From assembly GCA_017435905.1 (NCBI GenBank), contig JAFSEB010000047.1:5062-69061 (forward strand): a DNA stretch of 64,000 nt. Direction: 5' to 3'. Each line of letters opens with the position of its first letter. Position 1 is the stretch's first letter. This document shows positions 63,507 to 64,000 of this stretch, in pieces. Origin of the DNA: Clostridia bacterium. GTDB lineage: Bacteria > Bacillota > Clostridia > Christensenellales > CAG-138. The position numbers and the translations under genes are program-made. Under the pieces are notes generated by a model, which did not search any database, was not told the origin of the DNA, and worked only from the letters and a program-made list of their open reading frames with translations.

Positions 63507-64000
63507 ATGAAAACGGAAAGGGTCATAAGAAGCGCCGCATTGGGTCTTCTCATCAACTTTTCCTACAGCATCTACCATGCTGTGCTGGGTTTCACCTCGC
63601 ACTCATGGTGGTTTATCGCCATAAGTGTTTATTATACCGTTCTCAGCATCATGCGGTTTGCGCTGCTGCTGATGGAACGGCATAGCCGGCACGATCCGGC
63701 GGAGGCAAAGTTTGCGGAGCGCTTCACGGGCTTCCTGCTACTGGCGCTCTCCTTCTGCTTTGTGGGCACGGTGATCCTTTCCGTGGTCACAGACCGGGGC
63801 ATCCGCCACCACGAGATCGCAATGATCACCATTGCGGTTTATACGTTTACGAAAATGACCCTTGCGGTCATCAATCTTGTCAAAGTCAAAAAGCTGGATC
63901 TGCCCATTCACAGGGCGCTCAGGAGCATATCCTTTGCGGATGCCTTTGCAGCGGTCTATTCCCTGCAAAGGTCCATGCTGGTCTCGTTTCCCGGCATGGC
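63507..64000 (+). CDS. Membrane protein, 3'-truncated by the window edge
   Basis: ATG at 63507 lies 4 nt after the previous stop. The frame stays open to the end of the window (my own translation: MKTERVIRSAALGLLINFSYSIYHAVLGF...), with several hydrophobic helices. It is not in the ORF track because it lacks a stop. Confidence 0.55.
   Translation, partial: MKTERVIRSAALGLLINFSYSIYHAVLGFTSHSWWFIAISVYYTVLSIMRFALLLMERHSRHDPAEAKFAERFTGFLLLALSFCFVGTVILSVVTDRGIRHHEIAMITIAVYTFTKMTLAVINLVKVKKLDLPIHRALRSISFADAFAAVYSLQRSMLVSFPGM

Noticed and set aside
1-64000. Search for CRISPR arrays, rRNA genes, IS/transposase genes and long (>30 bp) dispersed repeats
   Set aside because: Reading the window by eye revealed no regularly spaced repeat arrays, no rRNA-like segments and no transposase-like ORFs. 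The only repeats found are the short ones listed above. A computational repeat scan would be needed to be exhaustive.

Overview
The first ~4.3 kb is the right-hand part of an integrative element, cut by the window edge. It holds a Zn-finger/RecA-like replication ATPase, an AT-rich two-gene cargo cassette, a tyrosine integrase, integrase-proximal direct repeats and a 45-nt tRNA-Ala(GGC) 3' half-site. The remaining ~60 kb looks like ordinary chromosome of a GC-rich Clostridia-type Firmicute; the taxon is inferred from gene content only. Chromosomal content, in order:
- aldo/keto reductase-ferredoxin, DegV, a DEDDh exonuclease and a HAD hydrolase
- an AT-rich ECF sigma/anti-sigma pair
- a 1000-aa type I pullulanase and a Sel1-repeat protein
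- a GntR/FadR regulator, then a peptide ABC transporter operon with an embedded M42 aminopeptidase
- an Etf-linked lactate dehydrogenase cluster (etfB-etfA-GlcD-like) with a perfect FadR-type palindromic operator
- a TetM/EF-G-like GTPase fused to a Rae1/YacP NYN RNase domain
- MATE pumps and a CoA-transferase/SDR/MaoC operon
- an AT-rich orphan membrane-anchored gene next to tRNA-Gln and tRNA-Val, with an att-like duplication of the tRNA-Gln 3' end
- the conserved rpe-rsgA-prkC-stp-rlmN-rsmB-fmt-def-priA block
- an ADP-ribosylglycohydrolase plus unknown-partner pair, a beta-CASP RNase, and ddl-murF(-like)-glmU-mscL

No CRISPR array, rRNA or transposase was seen.

The best candidate for an undescribed system is the cargo cassette at 1309-2692. 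It encodes an intact EEP-fold (DNase I/ExoIII-like) enzyme translationally coupled to a 195-aa protein with no motif I can recognise. It has its own promoter and terminator, and it sits between the replication and integrase genes of the element.

All calls rest on reading the ORF translations and the DNA by eye. No database search was run.
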